From Catajapyx aquilonaris (Eukaryota): a stretch of DNA of 34,174 nt. The translations under genes were made by a program, and so were the position numbers. Location: the NCBI GenBank assembly GCA_000934665.2, contig JYFJ02004169.1, forward strand, positions 1-34,174. Reading direction: 5' to 3'. Shown here in pieces: positions 11,498 to 24,325 of this stretch (position 1 is the stretch's first letter; every line of letters starts with the position of its first letter). The notes under the pieces are model-generated. The model had not been told where the DNA came from and ran no database searches. It saw only the letters and a list, made by a program, of their open reading frames with translations.

Positions 11498-12235
11498 TCA
11501 CAGCTTGGCCAAGTTTCGGCCCATCATGAGTTGTATTGTTCCCGAGGGCTTTTCGGTACCCATGAAAACATCCTTGTTTTCCTTGGCCCCTATGCGAGGG
11601 AACTTCGACAGGTCAACTTCAAAATAATGCTTGTTTGGCATCTCCATTTCAATAGATGATACCTATGGATTTCGACATGAGCATGAGTTTGTCCAAAATG
11701 TCAAAGTTATTTGCTCACCTGTGGAACTTTGTTCAGAATTTCTGTCTGTGTCAAGTAAAGCGTGTTCTGAACTGACGGTGATGGAATACCCTTATCAGGA
11801 GGTCCAGAAAAGTTGTTAAGAATAACATTTCTGATTGTGTGCCTAAAAGAAAAATTTTAAAATTAAGATCATCCAATAAAATTATTGGTGCAGCATATTC
11901 CATTACATCATGTGGTGCATGACATTCTCAGTGTACCACAATATAAGCAGAATGGATATGTGTGATCTTGTATCAAACAGTCATCAAAATTTGAACATCT
12001 CAGAGATTTGATTGTTTCAGGCAATTGAAATCACAGCATTTTTCCTTGTAGAGGTAGATTATGTGACTTGGTTGGGAGACCAGTCAGGTGCTCCTTTAGA
12101 ATAATGCTGTTTAAAATGTGGCTGAGAAAGGTAAACCAAAAGGAAAATTAACAGTATGACCATGCAAGACATAAGAAGTACCATGGAACAAAAACATTTA
12201 TAGGGACATACTTTTCCAAGGCATCAATATGTGTA

Positions 12236-12307
<72 letters not shown>

Positions 12308-15300
12308 TTACCCCGTGATAGAGCCATATTGGCTCCCTTAGGGGGGGAGTTCATCCCAATTTTTTTGTCAGGAACTCTTTGCTTTTTACTTTTTGCTTCG
12401 CTTTTTGGGAAGGGATAGGGATGGAAGAAGCGGCTGTGGCCTGTTAATTACGGAAACAACTCCGGAATTTTCCTGGAGGGACCGTGGGAAACCACAGAAA
12501 ACCCCGGTCAGAGTTGCCGGTCCCGGGATTTGATCCCGGACCTCCCGATTAGCAGCCGGATACCATATCCCCTCACCTACTGCTGCTTCGGTGGCATCAA
12601 TATGTGTACAAACTACAAAAGTCATTGGAAAAGAACATTTTAAGGATCAACTTTGCAGATCCCAGAACTACCACTCATTGTGTATTTTTTGTCCTAATAT
12701 AACATTACATGAAAAATTAAATTCCTTCCTACTAATCCTAGCATGTGTATCAAAGTTGCATATGTGCCATTTTACTAGTTTAAAATCAGGAAGGGCATGG
12801 TTCGAAATGTACATTTAACTACAGGTTTCATCATAGCTCGCATCCATCTCGGTTGACATTTTGCAGTTACTCTGGCATCAAGTTGGTGCTCCTTATGCAG
12901 TGCGCCTGGCAAAAATATGAGCTGGTGACAAGAACCAAATGTGCACTCCCATTCATAACTCTCTCTCCCCCCTTACGCCATTCCCCCCTCCAGTCACCAA
13001 CAAGCGACTTGTGAGAGTAAGGGAGATTGGGGTCGGTTGTAACACTTTTTGGTCTGGATTTTTAAATTCAGTTACATAATTATGCATTTAGGCAAAGGTT
13101 TATAATATGGTGGAAATAAAGCAACATTCGTCTTTGTAAATTAACATTATAAAATCTTAAGATTAAAAATTGATCGATTTATAAATATTTTTCTAAGGCA
13201 AGGCGGAGTGTTACAACTGACCCCATCATATGGGCAGTTGTAACAGAGGGCGGGGTCAATATTGTAACACAATGTCGTAAGGGGAGAATGTAATATGGAA
13301 GAACAGTTTACACTCACTCATCTTCTCGACAATATTATTGTCTTATAACCTGCTTGATCCACCTAGATACACTGGAATTTACTCAGCAGGTAAGTATGAC
13401 AAGAATAGATAAGTACCGGTATTCAAAAAGTAACAAGATAAGGATTACAAGAAAATTGATTTTTTATTCATATAAATTTTCGACAAACTGATTATAAGCC
13501 TCTTATAATCAGTTTGTCGAAAATTTATATGAATAAAAAATCCATTTTCTTGTAATACTTATCTGCTGAATAAATTCCAGTGTATCTAGGTGGATCAAGC
13601 AGGCTATAAGACAATAATATTGTCGAGAAGATGAGTGAGTGTAAACTGTTCTTCCATATTGCACAAAATAATAACTATCCTGTGAGATATGTAGCTGTAA
13701 CATCTGTACACTGACTTGACCTTTCTCTCATGATTTTACCATGATACAACTGACCCCAAGGAAGCTGTTACAACTATCCCCATGGTGTGTTGCCTTCTAG
13801 ATATGCTTACTACTTTTTAACTGTGCACATGTTTTGGTCATCCATACCTTTATAATTGATATTAAGGAGGTTGGCCCAGCATTGCCTTTCAACCTCCGAG
13901 GATAGAGAAGGAAGGAAGCGGCTGTGGCCTATAATACAGAAGCGACCCCGGAATTATCCTAGAAAGATCGTGGAAAACCACAGAAAACCACGGTCAGGGT
14001 TTCCGGCCCCGGGATTCGAACCCAGGACCTCCCGATTAGCAGTCGGACGCCCTATCCACTATGCCAACCTGCTTCGGTGTCATCCATACCGTCAATATGA
14101 AATTACTAAAGGAACCTTTCTCATGATACCAAGGGCAATTCAATAACACCTCTACCCTCCGCATAATCACTTGATTTAATACTGCCACTCACAAAAGTAG
14201 GGAATGCACCTTGATTTTGGTTTTTTTCATATATAAAAACAAAAAACAAAAAAGGAGTATCCAAAGTTTTGCCTGGCTTAGAGATACTGGCACAAGTACT
14301 GTATGAGTTTCAACTTCAGGGCCTTCCAAGGTAACCCCAGGGCAAGAAGTCAAATTCAGGGAAAATGCATCCACTGCTGCATTCAATTCATTAAGAGAAA
14401 GGAATGCCAGTGGCACTGATGGCACTGTGGCAAATGGTGCATTTGCATGAGTGACAGAAAGGGTCTGGATGTGACCAGGCAGTTGATTCAGTTTCTCTCT
14501 CTGCAGCAGCTGTTGCCAGATAATCTTACGATAATATCTTTTCCACTACTCCCCATGTAGCAATGCCACTATAGAGCAAATGATAGCTTTCTAGCTGACT
14601 TTGATCTCTCACCTTAGGGTGACCTTCAGCTCTGATATGAGAAAAAGGGAATGCATCCTTAGAATCCAGATATTTTGCCCAATGTTTAGAGCCAAACTTG
14701 CAAATCGAGTGCAGTGTCCCTATGAATCTCCACACAAGTATTGCTTCTGAAATGCTGACTTTCCAGCTCATTCATCAACTGACTGTGAGAGAACAAAATA
14801 TGAAGATTGGAAATGCAAAAGTCACAATGGATAATTTCAAGATCTGAAAGTCAAAGTTTGATGATTGCATTATCTGTTATGTGGGCAGACACTTTCTCTA
14901 GGAGAGTGTAACTGAGCACTAGGCCTATAGCAGAGCACTCATATTATTTGTATGTGCCCTATGTTCATCGGCAGTAGGCAGACCCTCCAAGTTCAGATAG
15001 ACGCTGTTTAATTTCTGCATGTATGTGGCCAAATGGCACAATAACTTCTAACCTCTCCATATCCTTCTCCTTTGATATACTTGGACAATGTGAAAATGAT
15101 CTGTCCTTCTCTTCACCTGCTTGCTATAAGCAGGAAGATGCATAAAAATTGATGAATAATAACACATCACTGACTAGGCTGTCATGTCCATGATAATGAC
15201 TATACTGCCTAACTTAATTCTCTCCAACATATAACTCTTCTGCAAATAAAGGCTTGAAATGAAACTTGATTAGGTTGCATATATGGGTTACGTACAGATA

Positions 15301-18039
15301 GTATGGTCTAAGAAGTCATGACTTTTACAAATCCTGTTCCTGTCAGGCTATGAACGAATGCTTGCAGACAATCGCCGGGTAGACTAATAGTGATAGTACT
15401 CGTAAAACTAATATAGGGATGTGCAATTAGTTTTGGGTACCATTGCATAGTTAATGCATATGGTGCCATTAAAGTGTAGAGTGCCAGAAGGTAGAATATG
15501 AGGTAAACAACAACAAAGTACAGGGGTGTCACACCCGGATTTTTTCTCTGACAGGATTTGATCACCTTTTTCATATGGATGACCAGGGGACCAGGGCCGG
15601 ATTATTCGGAGGTCCTCGAGCTGGCTTTTGCTTCTTTGAAACTGGCAAAGCAGATGTGACGTCACGAAACTTGAAAGGCGCAGTATGCATTAACTAAGCA
15701 AAGGCGCCCAAAACTAATTGCACATCTCTATATTAGTTTGGTGATTAGGCTACTATCAGTCTACCTGGTGATTGTCTGTGAGTTTCCCTTCACCCTGTAT
15801 CTGGGTGTTTTCATCAAGAACACATCCCCACAGCCCTGACCTGGTCCCTAATGACTTTTTAAGTTCCCTACATTAAAGATGAAAGTCAGCATTTCAGACT
15901 AATGACACAAATATTGAAAAAAAGCAGTGCACCATTTCCTCACTAGGGAGGGCAAAACTATCTTTGCAGGGGTTCCAAAATTGCTATGATCATTGGGCAA
16001 ATACCCCAATACTGATTGCGTCAAGACAATATAGAAGTTTGTAGAAATAATTTCAAGCACAGCACACTTTTCGAAATGAATTTTTATCCATTAACCAGAG
16101 TCAGAAATATTTTTTTTCTCAAATAACATTAAGGATGCTTTACCCTCTTATATCCTCATTTTTTTTTACACATAAACAAATAACACATGAAAATTGAAAT
16201 GTCTGAAAATTTCTTTAAGCAACACTTACCAAGCTTGGTCAAAGTCCAGATCCTTTATGGTGTGGTAATCCCATCGTGTGTAGATGATAGTAGAAAATAT
16301 GCGCTCAGGTGCATCCGGTAAGGTTCGAAATTCATCATCTACAAATCGAACGAAAGATGATTGGGTTGTTTTCAACACACGAAAATCTTTCAAGCCTGAT
16401 TCCACATGTGGTTGAGCTGAAAAGTGAAACAAAAAAATAATTGATCTGGTCTATGGCGCACTGTAGTACACTAGCTCCTGGAGCAAAACTAACCTCCTCT
16501 CTTATTGATGATGGTACAAAACCGAGTGTGGACAGGTGAAGATAAAAATGCATGGTTATGACCTTTGCCATCCTTAGTTATTCTCTCCCATGGATGAGCC
16601 TCTATATATATTCTTGCCTTTATCACCTGGGGGTAATTATTCAGGAAATGATTGCCCAAGAGCAAGGCAAATCCCTCAGGACTGCTAATCTGAGAAAAAG
16701 CAAGTAAATGTCAAATACAGACTGTGGGTTAAAGGTGACAGTTCACCAAAAAATGTCAACCTACAATTTCCCATTTTTATAATGGCATACATAGTAGGTA
16801 GGAATACTTTCAGTAATCAAAGGCCAATAGGTCATAAGTCATTAATGCAATGACGTCAGCACATGTTACTAGATTGGCTTAGATCTCTAGAATGCTAGGA
16901 ATACAAACTTGCTCATAATTATTATTAGGCAAGGTAGCAAATATCCTGCAGGCTATTACACCTTGAGATATTTTTACGCAATGACAATCTCACACACAAT
17001 TGACCAGAAAAATATTTATGAATGAGCAGTAAGAATGCAGAACAATTTATCAAAAAGAAAACAATACACAGCCTATAACACAAAATTGTGTTACAGTGTC
17101 GTGGCATTGTCAGTCACGAGGCATACAATCTTTCTCACATTGCTACATCTTTTGAACTTTCTTTTTCCTTTCCTGCCCTTCAGTTACCATGCTTCATGGC
17201 CTCAGTTACCTCAGGCTCTGCCAACAGATTAATAAACTAAGTCAAATAAAACATGGAATACTGTTCCTATGCCTTTCAATAACTTGTGGCCCGATGTTTT
17301 AAAAAGATATACTAGCAACAAATGAAGCTTACACCAAAGCTGGATGCTTCTTGTTCATGGGATCCGTAATTGCATTTTTTGCCTATATTAGGGTAGGCCT
17401 ACTAAAATCTTGAGGTATGCGATGAAATGTACACATATGTACTATGGGCGCCAACAGAATTGACCGGAGTTGATGGGTATATGGCGCTATATACCCATCA
17501 ACTCCGGTCAATTCTTTTGGCGCCCGTAGTACATTTCATCGCATGCCTCAAATTGCAAATAAAATGACATTGCTAGTACCGTATTTCTATTATGGATTGT
17601 TCTGGATATCGAAGCCAATTTTTAGTAACATATGCTGCTTTCATTTCATTTCTCCTGACCTACTGATCTCTGATCCCTGGAAATACTTGCACCTACAGGG
17701 TGTTGCCTTAAGCCCATGTGCCAAGTTTGTAAAATATCAGAAAATGTGTGTGACATCTGGAATTTCTTTTGGGTAAATTGTCCTGGAAATACTGGAAGGT
17801 CCATTTTAAATACATACCCCATGCTTCTTGGCAAGAACATAAACAGTGTTTTTCTGAGAATCTGTAGCAACAATATCTTGATTGTCTCCATATATGTAAT
17901 CCTTCTTTGAATCCAGTGACAACCGAATGCTCACTTCAAACTCGCGAATTGAATGGAAACTTCCATCTCTTTTGACATGCAAAAGCTTGACAAAGCTTTT
18001 GCCATAGCCAGTGTCCAGAAATTTGTGTTCAGTAGACAT
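11498..18039 (-). CDS. UOX: Urate oxidase (uricase), paralog A; 5 coding exons, 297 aa, C-terminal PTS1 (AKL)
   Basis: Exons 18039-17818, 16689-16494, 16416-16230, 11842-11719 and 11662-11498 have GT..AG borders and consistent phases. The translation contains uricase motifs YGKS, ATDSQKNT, HPW, HNHAF, LKTTQSSF, RIFST, SPSVQNTLY, MPNKHYF and ends ...GRNLAKL*. AATAAA lies about 70 nt past the stop. Confidence 0.96.
12236..12592 (-). mobile_element. tRNA-derived SINE with (ATT)n tail and 16-bp TSD, in UOX-A intron 3
   Basis: Head accgaagcag..gctgctaatcgggaggtccgggatcaaatccc, core ggttttctgtggtttccc..aggccacagccgcttc, TSD ggcatcaatatgtgta at 12220-12235 and 12593-12608. Confidence 0.9.
13289..13663. 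repeat. Near-perfect long palindrome (3-nt loop at 13499-13501) inside a DNA-transposon-like element at about 13020-13790
   Basis: Centre ..gacaaactgattataag-cct-cttataatcagtttgtc..; the left arm carries an extra insert of about 45 bp. Flanks contain repeated ggggtcagttgtaaca/tgttacaactgacccc motifs. Confidence 0.9.
13849..14078 (-). mobile_element. tRNA-derived SINE (same head and core as 12236-12592) with 12-bp TSD
   Basis: A box TGGCATAGTGG, B box GGTTCGAATCCC, TSD gtcatccatacc at 13837-13848 and 14079-14090. Confidence 0.9.
15361..15797 (-). mobile_element. Tc1/mariner-type MITE family M1, copy with one truncated end and inverted interior
   Basis: Ends ...agtttcccttcaccctg|TA; the interior is the reverse complement of the copies at 27172 and 33072. 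Confidence 0.8.
17410..17551. repeat. Essentially loop-less palindrome, about 140 bp, in UOX-A intron 1
   Basis: gaattgaccggagttgatgggtatat-ggcgct-atatacccatcaactccggtcaattc core, extended by gcgatgaaatgtac/gtacatttcatcgc. Confidence 0.9.
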
Positions 18040-18949
18040 ACTTTCTGTAGAAAAAAATTCCTATCATGTATCATCATGCAAGTACAGGAGGCTTAGCAAA
18101 AATTTTAAAGCAGTTCCTTAATATAGGGCACAAACAGTACTTTGGCATGCTTATCACGAACACAAATCGTGGAATATAACAGTAAAGTCAGCTACTAATC
18201 ATGGTCATGTAATACATGCTTATGTAATCAACACAAGATGTGCTATGAGCATGAGTATGTTTAGTTCTTGGTTTACAAAAATGGATAGTTTGGACTGGGA
18301 TTTTATGAAATATTTAGGTAAGATAATATTAAATTCATTTTACAATGATATACTGTACTTGGATGTAATCAATCCCTTTCAAAATGAAGTACCGACTTCT
18401 CTTCTCCCATCCCATCCAATCTCTTCCCATATTTGGAGAACTGCATAAATCCTATAATTTTTGCAAAGATGGTCAAACAAAAATCATGTACTTACAATGA
18501 CACTGCAACTGCACCAAAGTACTTCACAACCTCACTGTGAGAAAGAGAACAACATACAAGTTCCAATCTGTAGACAAGACATTAAAAAATGACTGATGAC
18601 CTTGGAACGATTCCCTTCATGTCAAATTCCACCCTAGCCCTACTCTGCTGACAGATGACCCCATGATACTCTGTAAAGATTAAGTTCAGTCATGTGTGAT
18701 TATTAAAGTTTGTTATTGCACAGTTGCATTCGTTTTCATTCAGTTCCATAACATTTCATCTCATGCTGCTCCACTTTGTTCAGAAACTGTGTGTTGAAGG
18801 GTGGGTTTACAATATATTTCTTTTATTTAAACATGGGCAATGTCAGTCAGGAGAAACAACAACAATCATCTTGCTGGTATTTGGCAAACAAGAAAAGGAT
18901 GTTACAGACAGATGAAAAATTCAGTTTAGTATATGAGCTGGGGCTTTTT

Positions 18950-19260
18950 TAAAATTTTATTTTAATACCCCTTGCCACCCCTTACGGGGTATTCGGGGAG
19001 AGCCATTGCTCCTATTGCTCATATTGCTGCCTACGGGCAGGGGGACTGGGAGGGGATGTGCAAGGTGCAGTGCATCGACTAATAAGGTCATTTTGTGAGC
19101 TTCCCTGGGTGGCTTGGTCTGTCGGAAATACCACCTGAAACGAAGCCAGAGACGACCCGAGAACTGCACGAGATGAAGGGGGTATCCCCGGGTTGGGTTC
19201 GAACCGGGGACCTTAACATCCGTGGGCACGTACGTTACCGCATCGCCACTCCATCTCCCC
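18950..19260 (-). mobile_element. tRNA-derived SINE (third family)
   Basis: Minus strand ggggagatggagtggcgatgcggt (A-box-like) ... ggttcgaaccc (B box), ending in an A/T-rich tail; no TSD identified. Confidence 0.7.
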
Positions 19261-19585
19261 TGTTATAGTCTAATAGTTTGTATCAGAAGTAACTGTTTCC
19301 CTTTTCAATGAAAGAAAACACATTCATGGAAACAAGGATTTATTCAGTACATCAGACACAATTTTGGCTATCCTTGCAGCTTCCTTGTTCCAGAAGTAAT
19401 GGCACTTTTGACGCCTGTCGTGTAGCAATTAGGGGAAAATGTGACTAAAGTAAATGCTAGGAACAAAATGATAATGGAACATAACAGCACTAGGCTGAGT
19501 AGCTGTAGGGCTGAAAGATCTTGTCGATATGCAAAACACAAAGTTTGTGTGTATCCATGTCCAGACTAATTTAATACTCTTTAAG

Positions 19586-19836
19586 TGAAGCACCAAGAAT
19601 GAAAACACGCATAACTCCAAAATACAGTTTTTCAGGGGAACAGTTTTTCTGCCTCTTGTTGTGAGCACCTAAGTAGGTGAAACGGGTTTTTGCCCCTTTT
19701 TTTCTGTGGTGTTCCGTGTGGAATTGGGTTGTTTCCTCTCTGCAGCTGTTGCACCTAGGCTTGAGGTACCCCTTGTGATCATAAACAGAATATTGGTTAT
19801 TTTGGAGTTATGCGCGTTTTCATTCTTGGTGCTTCA
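19586..19836. mobile_element. MITE-like element with about 40-bp terminal inverted repeats
   Basis: tgaagcaccaagaatgaaaacacgcataactccaaaata ... tattttggagttatgcgcgttttcattcttggtgcttca. Confidence 0.75.
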
Positions 19837-22800
19837 AGTGTACCTAAGAGCTGATATTAATTGACACACTGATAGCCGAGATGCTAGAAAAGTCCAAAAA
19901 TCCAAACATTTCAGACATGCACAGAAGTTGATAAATGACACTGTTGCCTAAAATGCTTGCATTTTCAGTACCAGAAAAACTAAAGCAAACAACTGCTCAG
20001 GACCTAATAGGCCGGGTAGAATGAACATGGGTCAAGGGGGGCAACCTTGGTAGAACAAATAAGACTCTGTGAATATAAAAACATATATAAACCATCTTAT
20101 TCATTTTGAATTTGGACTGGAACCATGCGGAGGATGCACAGTATAAGAATGCGCTGGTGTCCAGAAAAGTAGTAGGCCTAACAGCTGTTGCTGATGCTGA
20201 GTGACAGTATAAAATTGGAATCATCACCTCTTTTCAATATTGCACACAATACTAATGAAAGTAACTTATTAAACAACCACCAGTGACAGCCAAAAGCCAT
20301 ATGGCACATTACAAGGTGTTTGCAAATGTACTGACAAACCTGTAAGGTTGCATCCCTAGGCACCAGAGAATCACTTTTAGTGAGGTGTCATCGGTCTCCA
20401 ATGCCCATTTACTGAGATAGTTAGCATTAATCAAAGAGTGAATTCCACCACCTCTGATGTTGTGGATACAGACTGACACTTCCATCACCTTCACGGCTGC
20501 CTACTACACCCAATGAGATACAATTTAAATTACATGACACCACAGCTATTATTAACCTTTAACATATTTCAAATTTAAAAGGCAAGGTCATGCAGAGAAT
20601 GTGCATGTGCCAGGATATTTTACATCGTGTATCTGACTCAGTAACAAGCCAGAGCAGGTCGACATCCCTACATAAAGAGTCACAGGAATGCAACAGTACA
20701 GGTATGTTGTATCAATCTGGAACACCTGCATATGGATTACTACACAAAGTGATTATTCAAACCTTGACCTATAAATGGTTGGCACAATTATCAAAATAGT
20801 AACTAAAACACATTGAGGCTACTGTGGACTGAGTTGATAAAAGCATAACAACTAAGACGGCAGATGATCACAATAAAAATACAGAGAGTACAGGAACTTA
20901 CACTGTTGTAGTGATCTTATTATGTAATTACTATTAGGAGTTCAAGAACCTTTCAAGACTCACCACCTGTACAAGGTGGTGGAAGTAAGGGGTAAGATCC
21001 TATGGAGAAAATTTCTCGAAAATTTGACGTTCTACCTCATGGACAGGTCAAATATGTCGAGGCATCATGTACTGCATATGGAAAAGTTCTTCCTTTACAA
21101 CAGGCCACATCTATACTGCTCTCATTATATCACAGTGTGTGTGAATGTTTAATGTAGTGAAGAAACCCATCATTAAAAATGCAAAAGAATTCATTTAAAA
21201 CATCTCACTAATTTGAATTTTTATTGTGAAGTGAACTCTTTATCTTACAGGCTCATGTTTTCTTTCCCGAGAGTATATCAGCATAATTTGTTCAACAATT
21301 CCATGACTGACCAAATACCACAATGAAGCAACTAAATTCACAATGCTTTAAAAAAATTGCAATGTTACAAAAGACATTATGCTTTCACCTGCATTACCTT
21401 AAGCATGTTCAAAGTGTTTCAAAAAAATACCAGATTTGCCATGTTGCTTGAGCAACTTGATAAATATAGGTGACTTACACTAGTTACACATAATATCAAC
21501 CAAACATCACTGCAGACACTCAATAAGTCAGTAGGCCAGTTTCAAAACCAGGCAACCTACATATTTCAGAACCAAATTTCCAGGAAAGGCGAATTTATGA
21601 TTTTGAGCTTTTTTTACGGCCCAGGGAAAAAGTAACATATTCATTATATGCTCTGCCACGTCTCCTATCACATATCCAGAGCATGGAAATCATAATATAT
21701 AAAAAAATCACAGTGATAAATTGAAAATATTTTATGATACCCTGGTTGTGAAACTGCCAAGATTGTTCAAGCCAGGCCGATAATGCAGGTCAATACTAAA
21801 AGCTCTACAAAAAGTAAATTTTAATAGCATAAGTGACGCATTATGAAAGTCGTTATGAGGGCTTTTAGACTCCAAACATTGCGGATTTTGGACTTTTCCT
21901 GGACTCCGGGAAGCATAAGACATGGGTGTGAAAAATTTCAGAGCTCTCAGAACCTGGGAAGTGGGTTAAGTAGGCATGATAAATATACAAATATATGTAC
22001 AAATTTTCAGCTTTATATTAATAGGGATGCCGCTTTAAGTGAGGTAATGCGGTATTAATTTGCAAATATTATACCTTGTCGGAGATGTATCGATGTATGT
22101 GATATCTCGTCAATTATTTAGCATTGTACAATATATGAACTCTGAGAAATTAACATCACATTTTGAAGAAACCTCATTTTGGCCATAACTGACACCCAAA
22201 AAAGGTCTGAGGGACTAAAATCAGGAAGCAAGTTATTCAGAAAGTCCAAAACGTGGGCTTTCATAATATATCTGTCTGATATATGATAATCTGGCCTGGA
22301 GAGACGGTAGGGTCGTTTGTGTGAATGTTTCCGCCGGCAGCTGTGGCGTCTGTACCCAGCCATCATATTGCCCCCACAGGAGAACATCGGAGAGTCCGAA
22401 GCACAGTCCGAAGCCAACCGATGATGCCCCCCCCCCNCCCCCCCCGGACATATCTCCTTGCCTCTCGTGACCTTGAGGACAGCGAAGCGAAATTCTAGGG
22501 AAATCTATAGAGCTTAGGGATAGGTCTATCTCCCTGCAAAATATTTTGGAAATCTAAAATTCACGAGCACACCTCGGGAATGACCCATATGGGATGGGAT
22601 TAAATATGATAGTGGGTTAGCACAGCCACAAGACACAATAATGGCTGGAATACACTATGCAATATCAGTCTCAGCACGATTGGTCTGATGCTGTGCAACA
22701 GCCAGAAAGAGCCAAGTTTTAAATATCTGGACTGACACTTGAATTGCAACTGTGTAATCACTGGGTATATCATTTGCAGATCATTGAAATCCCATATACC

Positions 22801-23103
22801 AAGTAATGCTGTCAAATTTCCATGTATCAGATATTTCGTGTTCCATGATTTATCACCAGTTCAGTGCCATTGGAATGATTGATTAATAAGAGTAAAACAC
22901 TTATATAACTGCAACTAGCCAAGGCCACAACTTCAGGGAAATGGATGTAGCTCACTGAAAAATGTGGATAATCAGTGTGTTGAGTGGGGGCAGAAGTGAA
23001 CAGGGTTATATCCCACTGGAATAAATTAACACTCACTCTGGAGGGAGAGATATAGATTGAGTTTCACATAGACCTATAACAGCAGCCAAACATACTCTGA
23101 CAT

Positions 23104-23840
23104 GGGAACGGTCAAGGTTGACCCTCTCCGATTTGGTTGAAACTTGCGATGTACACAATGGCGAAAGTTTTGGCTGACACTTTCCAGCCGTTTCTGAGAA
23201 ATGAGCGACAGAAACATCCGAATTTTTGGCCCTGCACAGAGGTCAGGCGAGAACGAGTGCAAGGAAGAGCTGATGGTAGTCAAGTGGATAGAGCGTTGGA
23301 CTTGTGATTTTGCCGGGAGCTGCTCTGCCAGCTCCAAATCCCTTCTACCTTGATTCCCCCCACCCCCTTTACCCCCTTTTTTCAATCCCATACCACCATC
23401 CCCTACTCCCCCACCAACATTTTTGTTTTCCATTGTTTCTTTGCTCCGGTATTTATTATGAGACCATCAAGCTGCTTTCTTTCGCTTCTGTCAACTGCGA
23501 AGAAAGAGCTTCAACACCTAAAATTGTGTAATGGGAAGCCATCAGCTTTTGGCCTAGGTTGAGATGAAATAGCGAGTGCTTCGGGAGCATATTGGTGTGT
23601 CAATTATTAGCGTAACATATAGCCTGCTGTGGTGCATTTGCTTTGCTTATTCTTATCCAATCCATCCTTCTCGCCCGACCTCTATATGTGAGGGGGCCAA
23701 AATTCGGATGTTTCTGTCGCTCATATCTCGGAAACGGCTGGAAACTGTCAGCTAAAACTTTCACCACTGTGTCTATGACACACGAATGACCCTTCAAGCA
23801 AGTTTCAACCAAATCTGAGGGGGTCGACCTTGACTGATCC
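23104..23840. mobile_element. Non-autonomous DNA transposon with about 130-bp imperfect TIRs
   Basis: gtcaaggttgaccc..atttggttgaaacttgc..gagcgacagaaacatccgaatttt is mirrored by aaaattcggatgtttctgtcgctc..gcaagtttcaaccaaat..gggtcgaccttgac. Confidence 0.8.
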
Positions 23841-24325
23841 CTTGGAAGTGGCAGTGAGAGTGTGCGCTTTGTCAGACTTGAGATTTCTTCAAAATCTCTT
23901 TATCAGTGGTGGAACTAGCCACAATGGGCTCTGGTTCAATATTTCATAACGGGGGGTCATTTCCCCCACTTGCATATTAGGCCGATTTCTCGCGTCAATT
24001 TTTTGCATGTTTATTTTACTTTACAATTTTACTTTCATGATTTGAAGGCCCCTAGTTTGGCTGAAATACCTGAATTGCTCTAGTTCCACCTTTCATCTCA
24101 ACCGTGAGACGGAGGGTCCCTCTCACCCGAAGTGGGTGATGGTCTGCTTGACTCTCATCTGCACTATATGCAGAGCGAGATCCTATCATGTCCCTTCACA
24201 GGAACAAAATGTGAAGTCAGGTGCATAAATAAAGAACGTCAACCAGTCAAAACTGACAATAATCTCCGCACATAAGACATCACACATAAAGTTGACATGT
24301 TAACATCTTGTAGATTCTCAGGAAA

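Noticed and set aside
11521..11570. Suspected frameshift in the last exon of UOX-A
   Set aside because: Careful reading gives ttc atg ggt acc gaa aag ccc tcg, which is open through to AKL*.
13990..14078. Genuine tRNA gene
   Set aside because: No proper acceptor stem; it continues into a SINE core and is flanked by a TSD. The heads at 7526, 12592 and 19260 are likewise SINE heads.
9538..18039. A single fused double-uricase polypeptide
   Set aside because: Paralog A has its own stop after AKL and an AATAAA downstream.
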